Part shown: one piece after another, positions 25,545 through 37,880 of the stretch | Position numbering within the stretch: the stretch's first letter is position 1 | Layout of the letters: the number at the start of each line of letters is the position of its first letter | DNA from: Octopus sinensis | Taxonomy: Eukaryota | DNA length: 64,000 bases | NCBI RefSeq assembly: GCF_006345805.1 | Contig: NC_043001.1 | Location: forward strand, 60,698,001 to 60,762,000 | Reading direction: 5' to 3' | Notes under the pieces: model-generated | The model's database searches: none | What the model saw: only the letters and a program-made list of their open reading frames with translations | What the model was told of the DNA's origin: nothing | Program-made: the position numbers and the translations under genes

Positions 25545-25552
<8 letters not shown>

Positions 25553-25664
25553 ATCACGTGACCGACCAGGCTATCAGATGTTGCTACACATCGCTGGTCA
25601 CAATGCGCTTCGCATTGTTTTAGCCTCCAAATGACGCCACCCCGCTGGCTAAGCGAGCAGGCCA
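25545..25664 (-). mobile_element. 3' portion of a second SINE family inside (TA)n
   Basis: GGCCTGCTCGCTTAGCCAGCGGGG...ACAATGCGAAGCGCATTGT...GGTCACGTGATCACGTG(AT)n. Several hairpins. Family assignment is from recall of octopod repeats. Confidence 0.5.
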
Positions 25665-25684
25665 ATATATATATATATATATAT

Positions 25685-26030
25685 GTAAAATTGAGAATGT
25701 CTGTCTGTCTGTCTGTGTAAATCTCTAAAACTTGAGAACTACACAACCAATTTCATTCAAATTTTCCCCATGCATTATTTAGGGTCCATGGAGTGTCATG
25801 GGCAAAACATGTTAACTTCTTGCCTAGTGTGAGCTCACAGCAATATCGTATCTTCTCCACTATTTCAGTATTACGAGTTAAAAGTGAAACAAAAACATCT
25901 CTCTATCGTAATGTCAGGCACTTTAACTTTAATACGGAAACTATTAAAATCAAACTATTATATAAGACGAATGAACCATTAAAAGTGGACATCCATTTTG
26001 CTAGATGATCCGCTATGGTCTTATATGCTA
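25685..26030 (+). mobile_element. HINE/DINE-1-like non-autonomous Helitron-type element
   Basis: TATATGTAAAATTGAGAATG(TCTG)n...AACTACACAACCAATTTCATTCAAATTTT matches the typical HINE 5' layout; right boundary uncertain. Confidence 0.5.
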
Positions 26031-26151
26031 CACCACTGGTTTTCAATTCATATTAATCAAATTAATATTCAATTTCTCACCCTCATTATTTTAAATTTAA
26101 ATTTACATGTATATATATAGCTGTATACCTATAGATATATATAAGGATGTG

Positions 26152-26185
<34 letters not shown>

Positions 26186-26379
26186 CATGTATATGCATAC
26201 ATGTTTATGTATAGCTGTATATGAATACATGTATATACATACATGTATGTCTAGATGTATATATATAGAGAGAGATGTACATGTAATATGTACAAATATA
26301 TATACGCATATATACATGCATACATATATATACCCATACATGCATACACACAGACCCACACACATATATATAGGTGCAG

Positions 26380-26760
26380 GTGTGGCTGTGTGGTAACAAA
26401 CTTAGTTCCAAAACACATGGTCCTCAGTTCAGTCCCACTGTGTGGTAACTTGGCGTGTGTCTTTTGCTATAGCCTCAGACCAACCAAAGCCTTGTCAGTG
26501 GATTTTGTAGACAGAAATTGAAAGAAATCAATTGTATATATATATATATATGTATATATATAATATATATATATATGCATATCTGTAAGTCTATGTGTAT
26601 GTCTTTGTCTTTATCCCTCATCACTGCTTCACAACTAGTGTTCGTTTATTCACATCCCCATAACTTACTAATTTCACAAGAAGAAACTGATAGACTAAGT
26701 ACCAGGGTTATCAAAATATAAAAAAAGCACTACGCAGTGTCTCATATTTTTATTTTCCCA
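26380..26760 (+). mobile_element. tRNA-derived SINE, diverged copy with internal microsatellite
   Basis: GTGGCTGTGTGGTAAC...GTTCAGTCCCACTG...CCAAAGCCTTGTCAGTGGATTT. Its 3' part also matches 29600-29770. Confidence 0.75.
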
Positions 26761-26811
26761 ATCATTTGTATGTATCAATTTATCTTTGTGTGTGTGTGTG
26801 TGTGTGTACAT

Positions 26812-26842
<31 letters not shown>

Positions 26843-26843
<1 letters not shown>

Positions 26844-27240
26844 GTGGCTGTGTGGTAAGTAGCTTGCTAACCAACCACATGGTTCCGGGTTCAGTCCCAC
26901 TGCGTGGCATCTTGGGCAAGTGTCTTCTGCTATAGCCCCGGGCCGACCAATGCCTTGTGAGTGGATTTGGTAGACGGAAACTGAAAGAAGCCTGTCGTAT
27001 ATATGTATATATATGTATGTGTGTGTGTTTGTGTGTCTGTGTCTGTCCCCCTAGCATTGCTTGACAACCGATGCTGGTGTGTTTGCGTCCCCGTCACTTA
27101 GCGGTTCGGCAAAAGAGACCGATAGAATAAGTACTGGGCTTACAAAGAATAAGTCCCGGGGTCGATTTGCTCGACTGAAGGCGGTGCTCCAGCATGGCCG
27201 CAGTCAAATGTCTGAAACAAGTAAAATAGTAAAAGAGTAA
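26843..27240 (+). mobile_element. tRNA-derived SINE (CORE-like TTGGGCAAGT segment, internal TA/TG microsatellite, LINE-like tail)
   Basis: A box GTGTGGTAAG; B box GGTTCAGTCCC; tail GGCGGTGCTCCAGCATGGCCGCAGTCAAATGTCTGAAAC. Confidence 0.85.
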
Positions 27241-27256
27241 TATATATATATATATA

Positions 27257-28646
27257 TTGATTGATTGATTCTAGTTTCAGCTCATGAGCTGTGGCCATGC
27301 TGGGGCACCGCCATTTGGTGTTGATACTTGGTTTTACTTCACGAAAGCTTTTTAGCAACTGCCATTTGGTGCATGAGAGAGTTCGATGCAGCTGCCCTCA
27401 TCTGCACCTCCTGCCGTGAAGTTGGTTCATCTGGGACACCTGACAGGAAGAGATCCAATTCCATTTTAAAGACATCTGCATCCACCCCATGCAGGTCTCT
27501 CAGGTTCTTCGGGAGGATATTGAAGAGCTGTGGGCCACGGAAGCCCAGACTATCACAGTATCACCACGCAGTGGCGCCCAGTTCTGGCATTTGTGTAACT
27601 CTCGATGCCAAAGTTTGGGACACGTCCCTCCAGGATCTTCCAGATGTATATTATGGCATATCTTTCCCGCCTACGCTCCAAGGAATATAGTTTTAATCTC
27701 TTGAGTCTTTCCCAGTAGCTTACATTCTGCATAGAGGCTATCTTCTTCGTGTAGCTACGCTGGATCGCTTCGAGCTCTGTGATCAACTTGACACTGGATG
27801 GTGACCATAATTGAGAGCAATAGTCAAAGTGGCTTAGGACAAGTGTCCTCCAGAGGACCATCATGGTTTCTTGTTCTCTTGTTCTAAAGGTTCTGAGAAG
27901 CCATCCAGCCAGCCGTCTACATTTTATTGCCAGTTTAGCAACGTGTACATGAAAGGTCGCGTCATCACTCATGTGAATACCCAGGTCACGCACTGATTGT
28001 GCCTCTGGGATTGCAATCCCTCCGGGTCCAGTGTATTCATTGGGTGTTGCATTCAGTTTTGCATGCTGATAGTATAAAGCTTGAAACTTTTCAGCATTGA
28101 ACTGCATGCTATTCTTTTCAGCCCACTTGTATATTTCGTCCAGCTCACATTGCAGGTGCTTAGTGTCTTCAGGGTTCTGTATTGCCTGTGAAACTTTTGT
28201 ATCATCTGCATAACTTGTGATCGTGGCTCTCTGCGTGGCTGAGGGCATGTCTGAGAGGGCCATTATGAACAGTAGTGGTCCCAGAACAGTGCCCTGCGGA
28301 ACACCGCTCACTATTTGCGTGTTAATGGAAGTGGCCCCATTGGATACTACCACCTGACTTCTATCTTTCAGAAAGTCATGAAGCCATTCTCCTAGTTTTC
28401 CAACTATGTTGAGATCACGCAGTTTGTGACATATCATTCCATGATCGACTTTATCAAAGGCCTTTGCAAAGTCAAGATATATCACTTCCACATCTGAGTG
28501 GTTGAGCATCCGTTTCAACACCCAGTCATAGTGCTGCAGGAGCTGAGTTAAACAGCTTCTCCCTGGTCGGAAACCATGTTGGGTGTCGGGCAGCAAGTCA
28601 TTCTCTTCAAGGAAGGTGATCAGTTTCCTTCTGACTATTCGTTCCA
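27257..28646 (-). mobile_element. CR1-group LINE, 5'-truncated (RT to 3' UTR), (AATC)n tail
   Basis: QHGFRPGRSCLTQL; YLDFAKAFDKVDH; SGVPQGTVLGPLLF; SYADDTK; YSLERRRERY; GPQLFNILP; LFLSGVPDEP. RT frame open 27553-28646; small deletion near 27560. Confidence 0.92.
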
Positions 28647-28662
28647 TGACCTTGCTGATGTG

Positions 28663-28707
<45 letters not shown>

Positions 28708-28708
<1 letters not shown>

Positions 28709-28849
28709 AATAATATGTTACAATTACTCAATAGTCAAGATAAAACTCTGAGTTTCAGATGCCGAAGTGGAAATCCACAACACCATCTCTTCGGTTATGT
28801 GAAACTCAGAGTTTTATCTTGACTATTGAGTAATTGTAACATATTATTT
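28708..28849. repeat. Perfect 50-bp inverted repeat with 42-nt loop, between (TA)n tracts
   Basis: 28708-28757 is the exact reverse complement of 28800-28849. Confidence 0.95.
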
Positions 28850-28907
28850 TATAGATAAATTTCCTCTACTTACATAATATTGAGGTCTCTTTCTTTCTTT
28901 TATCTTA

Positions 28908-28947
<40 letters not shown>

Positions 28948-28999
28948 TGAGAAAGTTGCTGTGTGAAAGCAAATAGAAAATAGAAAAGAGTGAAAAAAC

Positions 29000-29575
29000 T
29001 ACAGAAGGCTTGTTTTATAAAGTTAAAGTATATATTTAAGTCGTTATGTTAGAAAAATGTTATAAAATGTTGCATATAGTAACATAGGTTTGGAGAAATT
29101 ACCGGTTTCGTGTTAACTTTTCAAATTTCTCAAATGTCTTTAACTACATCGTGTCATGTCTTCGTTATGAAGTGCAAATAAAAGTTCCAGGCAGGGGTAG
29201 GTAATAAGAGATTTCTTCCGGTACCATGGAGATAATCGCTTTATATTTCTTTTCCCCATATTAATCAGATGAATTTCTTTGTATAAGAATGTTAGGATGG
29301 TTAAGTTCAGACTTATATTTTTCAATGAAGAATTTGTCCCTGTTTAATCTAATTTGTGTTAGACTTCCAATAGCACATTGATAGAATGGAAAGATTAAAA
29401 ATTGTGGTAGTAGTTGCTTTGCGCATTTCTCAATATGCTCACTAAAGGGTATCATTCTGTATTCTGGGAATGCAATCTGCTCGGGCTGCCACCAAAACTA
29501 CGTGGGGTCAACAGGATTATCACTCAGACGCAGATGCACTCTACATAGACAACAGATTGCATCGTATATATATGT
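29000..29575 (-). mobile_element. Penelope-like element 3' end (GIY-YIG C-terminus + pLTR remnant) with a small inversion
   Basis: Minus strand QIAFPEYRMIPFSEHIEKC...FLIFPFYQC...FFIEKYKSELN; plus strand AICSGCHQNYVGSTGLSLRRRCTLHRQQIA; GAAACCGGTA on the minus strand at 29109-29100. Confidence 0.8.
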
Positions 29576-29826
29576 ATGTATATATATATATGTAAGTGTA
29601 TGTCTGTGTCTTTGTCTCTATGTTTCGCCCTGATCACTGCTTCACAACTGCTGTTCATTTATTTACTTCCACATAACTTACTGGTTTCACAAGAACAAAC
29701 TAATAGAATAAGTACCAGGCTTATCAACATAAAAAAGCACTAGGCTGTGTCTCATATTTTTGTTTGCCCACTGAGTTGTATCTATCAATTTATCTTTGTA
29801 TGTGTGTGCATATATCTATATCTATG

Positions 29827-29887
<61 letters not shown>

Positions 29888-29912
29888 ATATATATATATA
29901 TATATATCTATC

Positions 29913-29963
<51 letters not shown>

Positions 29964-30069
29964 TACCTTAATGGGAGCCTTAACTCCCCAAATTTTAGTA
30001 ATTTCTTTTATGATCCAAAATTAGGTCAAAAGTACTGAATGGATCTTTAGGAAATTTGGAAATTATATT

Positions 30070-30493
30070 CTATGCATAAGGGCCATGACCACCATGACAA
30101 TTCATATATTTTTGCTGTTGATGAAATTTAAATCATAGATATTAGACACAAATGTAATAATATTTATAAAATTTCATCTTCTTACAAAGTTACAAGGAAC
30201 CCTCCATGAGTACTTAACACCCAAAATGTTGTCACTTTATCTAAGCAAAAACAAATACAGTAGGGTTACCCGAGCATAAAAGATGAGCATTATTTGTAAT
30301 TCAATGGTACAACAGTGTAACAGTTTGCTTTGACATACACTTACATTGTGATATCTGCAATGTGGTGCATAAATTGTCAAGTAAATGAGAGGCATCTTTG
30401 CCTCCACTGATTCAGTTGCAAAGTGTTCAGTAAATTTATTTGATTGCAGACCTTCTTTCAATCTTTGTATTATCACTGGGTCCGAGATAGTCC
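30070..30493 (-). CDS. Candidate two-exon 3' end of an unidentified host gene (30345-30493 and 30070-30114)
   Basis: AG|GG ACT ATC... open frame to CACAAT|GTAAGT, then CAACAG|CAA AAA TAT...GCA TAG. Phases join: TISDPVIIQRLKEG...APHCRYHN-QKYMNCHGGHGPYA*. No recognisable homology. Confidence 0.3.
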
Positions 30494-31120
30494 CTAGATG
30501 GTAACATTGATTTCAAGGCCTTCCCATATGAGTGGCTGGTTATTCAAAAACATTTATAGATTGGAAATTTATTCTGTCCAGTTACGTATCAGTATAGTGG
30601 TCATTCGCAAACTCCAGAGGTGACAATTTCATTTCTCCTTAGCCCTCACGTCACCCAGTTGTTAATGTTTATTTCAGTTGGGTCACGCACTTCAAATTGC
30701 TATAGATTCGTAATGCATCTTACGGCTGTGCCTGTGACCTGAATGATGAGGAATCCTACATTGGGAGTGGTAACGACTAGGGTAGGGTAGCTGACTGCTT
30801 GTTGTGATCATTCGTCTTTTGGTTTCCTGTAACTTTGCTTTCTTTTACAAACCCAGTGAACGTATATTTCCTATTTCAGAGAAATTCAAACAATAGATAC
30901 AAGACCCAAGTTTAAAAATTCTCAACAATTCAACTTCTCCGGTTGATATTAAGATGCCCACCCACAACAGCGGCCTTAACTCTCACATTTTAGAGCTCCA
31001 TGACCTAATTTTTCAGGAGCAAAATCTTTTTAACAGGTTCAATAAGACTGGAATTTTGGAATATGCGCATAAAAATCGGTAGTATACGATACATGTGGGA
31101 TGATTACAATCTTATATATA

Positions 31121-32621
31121 TGTTTCTTTATTAGCCACACAGGGATGCACACAGATGGGGCAGATTACAAAGTAGAGCCTTTCTTTTCGGGGAGAAAAAA
31201 AGTGGGGTAGGTTTTCGATAAAAAGGGACCGTAAAAGGGAAAGAAAAAAGGAAAAAAGAAAAAGAAAAAAACCATCAATAGGGATCGTGTAACCCAGAAA
31301 TGTCATGATGTAAAGTGTAAAGGGGGAAGTAGATAAGGTTTATCTGTGGAAAGAAAAGCCTACGGAAAAGACCACGGTAACCTCGGTAAATAATGTCACA
31401 TTTTAACACATTTGTTGCGGCTCGGCACCTGGAGAAGCAAGCCCATGCCCTCCACCAGCGCCTCAGTCGTAGGATGCTGGACCGACGGCCCGGTCGAGTT
31501 GCTCGGATTCTGGTTTGGTCCGGACCTCCAAATGGAGAAGAACTGCAACGAGATAACGAGTAGGCTGATCACTCTCACTCGGCAATGGGCCGATAGGAAA
31601 CTGTCCCTAAAAGGTCGGGCGGAGGTGGCGAACACGTACATCGCGTCCGTCATCTACTACCGCCTGACCACCGTGCCTTGTCCCGACCCTACCATTACCA
31701 AACTAGAACGCATTCTCTTCCGCTTCCTGTGGAAAGGATGCGTCCCGATGGTCAGGTGATCCATTTGCTGTCAACACCCGTTAAAAGGAGGACACACGAT
31801 GAGACTGCGACATCTCCAGCTCTACGTAGACGAGAGTGAACAGGTGTGGTCGCCGTTTGTGAGGCACGCTTTCCCGCAACTCGTCTCCATGACCGAACTG
31901 CAGTCGTGGATCAAAAAGAGGCAGGGCAAGGGCGAATGACACCGCGAGTGTCGGGTTGCCCTCAAGCACCTATGCCGTCCTGGGTCGACCTTGAGCGACT
32001 TCAACACAACCAAACCATTCTATAGGAGATTAGTTGGGGTGGAGGTACGACGACGAGCTCGGAGCGAACCTGGACGTCGACGAGAAATACCTGACGCGCC
32101 TGTTCAGGACGACTTTCGGGCCAGGACCAATGGACAACTTCCAGAGATCCCTGGCCTGGCAGTGCTACCGAGGAGCGCTACCCGTTTGGGATAAGTTCTA
32201 CAGGCACAGCTCGAGAAACACGGGTGACCTGCCCGAGATACGGTCAGAGCGACGAAACCGTTTTGCACGCACTCGTGCAGTGTCCCACAATTTCCGACCT
32301 GTGGGCTTATGTCGAACGACTGCTGTCACGTGTGGGACTAGTCGGTTTATCAGCCGAGTCTATCGTCAATATTTCCACGCCTCCTTCCTTCAAACGGGAA
32401 GGAAGAGTTACTTTCATCATTCTTGACTGTATCTGGTGGACGCGTCTCAAGGGATTGGAGACAAACACTTTCCTCTCTGGTCAATCTGTCATCAACTTCT
32501 TCAAGTATCACTTGAAAAGTAAAGTGAGATTAGAGAGGCAAGTTTTGTCTAGAGAATGTTTCAAAAAAAGATGGGTGAATGTAGCAAGGATGGCACGTAT
32601 GAATGACGAAGCCACCTTGAG

Positions 32622-32624
<3 letters not shown>
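31121..32624. mobile_element. Tx1-group LINE copy with 5' inversion (3' UTR on minus 31121-31404; ORF2 end on plus 31412-32624)
   Basis: Plus strand RLGTWRSKPM...YYRLTTVPCP...ETVLHALVQCP...INFFKYHLK. Minus-strand UTR with AATAAA at 31132-31127, similar to the ends near 5440 and 16590. Confidence 0.85.
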
Positions 32625-32693
<69 letters not shown>

Positions 32694-33030
32694 ATATATG
32701 TATAGCATAGGACAATAAGTAAGTTGTCATAATAGGACTCAGAGTTTCAAATGCCAAAGCTAAGAGGTAAGAGCTATTTTGACAATACACGCTATGAAAA
32801 AAATCGTTGAATAAAAAGGAAGTTACTCTAATAGACAGGAAAAATTATAAAAGATAAAAAATGAAAAATAAAAATTATAAAACATACATGCAACCATATT
32901 TTCACAATACTTATTAAACCTTCTGTGTTCGTAACGTCTACATACGTACACACAAAAACATATATATAAGTATGCCCGTACACACACAAAACATATACGT
33001 GCATTTACGTGATCATATACACATCTCTAC

Positions 33031-33061
<31 letters not shown>

Positions 33062-33215
33062 CATAGCTGTATGCTTACAAATATATTAGACGTTTATTCA
33101 TATCAAAAATACTCACACATATACACATACACATTTAATATATGCATACACATACATATACTCACGCACGTATACAATCACGCAATTAAAAAAGGAAAAC
33201 GTGAAAAAAATATAA

Positions 33216-33253
<38 letters not shown>

Positions 33254-35624
33254 ATAAAAAATGTTAAGACATATGGAAGGTTTGTACGAAAACATAATAT
33301 AAATGTAGGTTCTATCCGTGATCTTGAGGAGGGGGAACAAAACCGTAACAAGTCATATGGGAACATGATTCAAAAAGTTCCGTTCTTGAATTTAGACATG
33401 TAGCGGTGTCTAAGGAACATTTCCAGATGAGCTATCTTTCCATATCACAAAGACCTCACTTACCACTGCCGTTGGTATAAGGTTTACACTTGACCGAGAT
33501 GTTGCAGTAAATCTTATAGCTGACACTTTTTCTGTTATGGTATTAAGAAACAAAGAACAAATTAACTATAATTTATGGATGATTCAGAGACAAGCAGAGG
33601 TGTTGATATGTGTGGCAAAAAGAATTTTCAGAACTCGCTGTAATGTTATTTAAATGGTTTAGCCCAAAGTGATCTGTAGTATGTCAATTTCAAGTATTTA
33701 CACAAAAGATTTGAATATTGTGAAGACAAATTTGTTTATAGTTGAGTTATATAGAAACTTTAAAATATAACACAGCATTCATAAACTTTATTGGTAAAGC
33801 CAAAAAGAAGTCAGCAGGTATTGAGGTTGCTGAAAACTACAATTATATATATTTGATGACTGGGTTTGATGACACGATTTGTTATTTTTGAAGACCAGGT
33901 TCCAACACACAAGTATTACTCAGGGTTTAAGTATAAAGGATTATTGGAACTATACTGTATATAAAAAAAGAGATGACCGGATAAAAAATGAATTATTTGC
34001 CACGAGACCACCTCAATTCTGGGAAGAGGGTATTTTCAAGTTAAAGGAAAGATAGAGACAAAGTGGTTCATATTCGGTTGATTAAAGATGTAATGGCAAG
34101 TATTTATCGACCCTTTTCTTTACTTTAAAAATTGGCACGAACTTTCCAGACAACCCAATAGTAACAGATTGGCCATCTTCGTTCAGTAATTTGTTGACAT
34201 TTTCCTTTCTTCAATGAAGCGAGTTTCTCTAACATTTGTAATAACTTAAGTAGATTTTATACTTTGAGGAAGCTGGTATGAGTGGCGAGCAGTGATATTC
34301 TCGGTGGAAGAGGAGAAACTGAACTGTTTTTCCCGAAGGAAGTTTACCTTCACATCTATGAAAAACGTCCGGAAGTCTCTGGTGTGATAATGCTAACAGA
34401 AAAATGCTGATATATATTCGGACTAAACACTATATACACAGACGTTCCGTTAACAGCATGACTCCTTCATGCACACATTTGTTCAATACCCAGTTATTGT
34501 GCATCTGTGCAGAAATGTCGAATAACTCTAGTGTGATCTAAATATCAAAGGAATCCATGTTTAAAAGCGTCATTGGATTTTCCTTTGGATAAAAATAGGG
34601 GACAGATTAATTTTATCTGAATCCTATTGCAAAATATGTGCTGGGTTCCTTGTTTTCGCCAGTTGGTTGTTAATATTCAAACGTTTTGTTTCTTGTTTTA
34701 TATTCTTTCTCTTTACTAGTGTATGACTGATTTTCATACATATGTAATACTCCCTTCTTTCCGGCAATTCTAGAGAAACATAACTAGTACTGTTTTGTTT
34801 TAGCTCCACAATATTTATTTCCTAGAATGTTGATGTGGACGCACTGCTTTATATATCTATTTACACATGTTTACGAGTAATGAAAGAAATGCTGGGCACA
34901 TGAAATCTTCAAAGTATCAACACAAAGTATTTGCACTAATGACGGAAAACACTCCTTTTTCAGTTATTTCTTCTACATAATCCTTAACTATTAATTTTTA
35001 ATTAAAAGTATAACAAACAATTCTATGAACAAATCCCCTCTTTTAGATATGGTACGAGTGACAGTTATCGTAAAGACATAAAATGAGGCTATTTTCTGAA
35101 TTGATTATGAAACAACAGGGATAAATAGGTTGCATTCAAAGAAAAAATTCTGGCTACTTGACAAAAAAAGGTTTAACATATCAGAGATTCGAGGGAATAT
35201 GATAATACAAAAATGTAATTGAATACGATGAGAATAATTTCCATAGAGATTTTCACTAAAGTAAGAGAACGGACAGTTTCGGCATGCAGATTCACATTCA
35301 AATCACGAAAAGAATAAAGGGAGATATTAAGAAAACCGGGAGTAGATGATGAAAATAGCCTGAGTGGTACTAGACAACGTGAACATGCTGCTCAATGTTA
35401 AGAAGTAATGTGAGTAATACGAACGAAAGAAAGCATTCAGTAACAGATAGACATGAAAGTTAAAAAATAAATCAGTATGAGATGAATATACGCTCGAACG
35501 TTTTTTATAAACATATAAACTCTAAACAATTACAGCAAGTATATGCGTATATGCATATAACATACACAGACACCGATACACAGGCATATATATATGAGTG
35601 CATATCTATGTAAATATACAGACA

Positions 35625-35675
<51 letters not shown>

Positions 35676-36509
35676 TTTTGTGAGTGTTTGTGTGCACTTA
35701 AATTGTTGACTGATAGTAATAAAAATAACTGAAATAAAACGCAAACATTGACTATATTTTTGCTTGTAAAATGAACGTTTTAAAATAAAATACTCTTCGC
35801 TGAACTTACCAGTCCATTTCCGACATTACGATTAGAAATCTAGTTGTCTCTTGTTAAAATTCTTCCAACCATTTGAAGCATTTCAAATTTACACCAGATT
35901 GTTTTCAATGTAGTTTGGATGTATTTTTGCATTTTGATGACAGAAATTGCATAGAATTTTTCCTGAAATTACTAATAAAGAAGTTTACCATTTTCGTCAT
36001 CAGTATGCAAAACTGCGTCAGTGTAGAAATTCTGAAATTGTTCAAGTTGGAAAAAATTAAATCTGGTTTAGATATTATGAATATCCTTTTATTAACTCCG
36101 ACTGATGAAAGTAACATAATTTGCACATACACACACACATTTACATAATCGGCAGAATTTCTTGAAAATTCATTCACTGAAATTTATTCACACACCAGTG
36201 ATTTCGACCTGAATGATTTGAACTCAGATGTGCATGTATTTCGCCTAACAAATTTTATTTTATACAACCGAGTTCCAGGTCCACATGGAACGCTTGTTCA
36301 AATTATTCCAACTATTTGAAGTATTTCAAATTTACACTAGATTATTTTCAGTGTAGTTTGGGCGGATCTTGCACATACTCTAAGCGGACATGCACCGAAA
36401 CAATACACATACGCGCACTTAAAAATACGCGCACATACATACACAGAATAGAAACAGTATACTTCGCAAATATTTCTAAAACAAAATTATTGCTTAATAT
36501 CGACTGAAC

Positions 36510-36670
36510 TACGGCAGAACTTTGGTAAAATCAGTAGATTATGGGTAAATATGATTTGCCTTATTTGTTTCGGTTGAATTCGAATCCCGTTGAGATCAAT
36601 TTTAGTTTACCATATTTCGAATTCGACGAAATAAAGTACTAGCACATAATTAAAATCGACCATATCTAAT
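36510..36670 (+). mobile_element. Very decayed SINE (family of 1-125)
   Basis: GGCAGAACTTTGGTAAAATC...TTCGAATCCCGTTGAGATCAATTTT...TCGACGAAATAAAGTACTAG. Confidence 0.45.
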
Positions 36671-37029
36671 AAACGCTTATTTTGTAAATTACTACCTGTG
36701 TACTTTCTTTGTCAATAATTAAGACCCACCACAAAAGTAATTGATTAATAAACGCACAAGGTAACAAACACGCAGAAACCAATTTGTACTGCTAAGGTAC
36801 ATATATACAAAATGAAATCACTGTGTAACTAATACAATTAAATATTTAAATTCTTCATACACTAAACGCCAACAAAATGAAACAAAACACGATTGATAAG
36901 AGTAAATGAAAAAATACTTACTCTAATTCTAAATTTGACTCAAATAAAATGCATGCCTCAATGGAAAATATAAGTAAAATTAAGCCTTTAGATAATCATA
37001 TAGAATCTAATAAAATTGGACCCAACAAT

Positions 37030-37880
37030 AAACGTAAATCCTTTACTCGAGAACAATATGTCTAAAAAATCTAAATCCAGAAAGCACGAAGTAACTTGGT
37101 TTGCCCTACCATACCCCTTTGATGTTAAAAATCTACCTAAGCTATTATTCAAATTCATACGATATAATTTTCCAGAACATCACAAATATTATCCAATATA
37201 AAATAGTCTTATTCTACGCTGCCAAATTTGGGATCAATTATTGCATCTATAGATAATAGTAAATCCAACGTCAAACAATTAAAACTTCAAACACTGGTAT
37301 AAATGTGGATAACAATAACATAAATATACCCGGAACAGCAAGTACACATAATTCAATATCATTTAAGAATGATTCTCATATATGAATAGCTTTAAATCAA
37401 GTAAATCCATTTCCCCAAAAGGGAGTAATAGCAGCTATAAAACAGGGAACATATGTAATTGTAGAGACACCGATTCATGTCCGCTTGCAGGATTTTTCTA
37501 CCGCAAAAATGTGGTATATGTATGCACCGTAATGTCACATAAATACATTGCTAGAACTTATATAAGTAGTACTATAGACATAAAAAAATATAGAACTCAT
37601 TTAAATTCTTTTACCAAATTTTAACATCAAAATTCAACAACTTTCGCCGCCTATATACATAATCTAAGATATAGTAATATTAATTTGAAAAGATCGCGGT
37701 CTATAATAGCCAATGCCCTCCCCTATAACGCTACTTAGATAAATGTAATTTGTGCATTAAGGAATCTTACACTATTCTTAGATCGTGTAGTTCAGGTTTA
37801 TTAAATAAATAGTCGGATACGATTCTTTTATGTACTCCTAAATTTCTTCAACCTTCATGAATTTCCATAAGCCCGGTATG
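37030..37880 (+). mobile_element. Penelope-like element remnant, Naiad-type RT C-terminus + GIY-YIG
   Basis: WFALPY..DVK...KFIRYNFPEHHKYY; SYSTLPNLGSII; CNCRDTDSCPLAG; NVVYVCTV; TYISST..KKYRTHLNSF; CNLCIKE. Confidence 0.78.
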
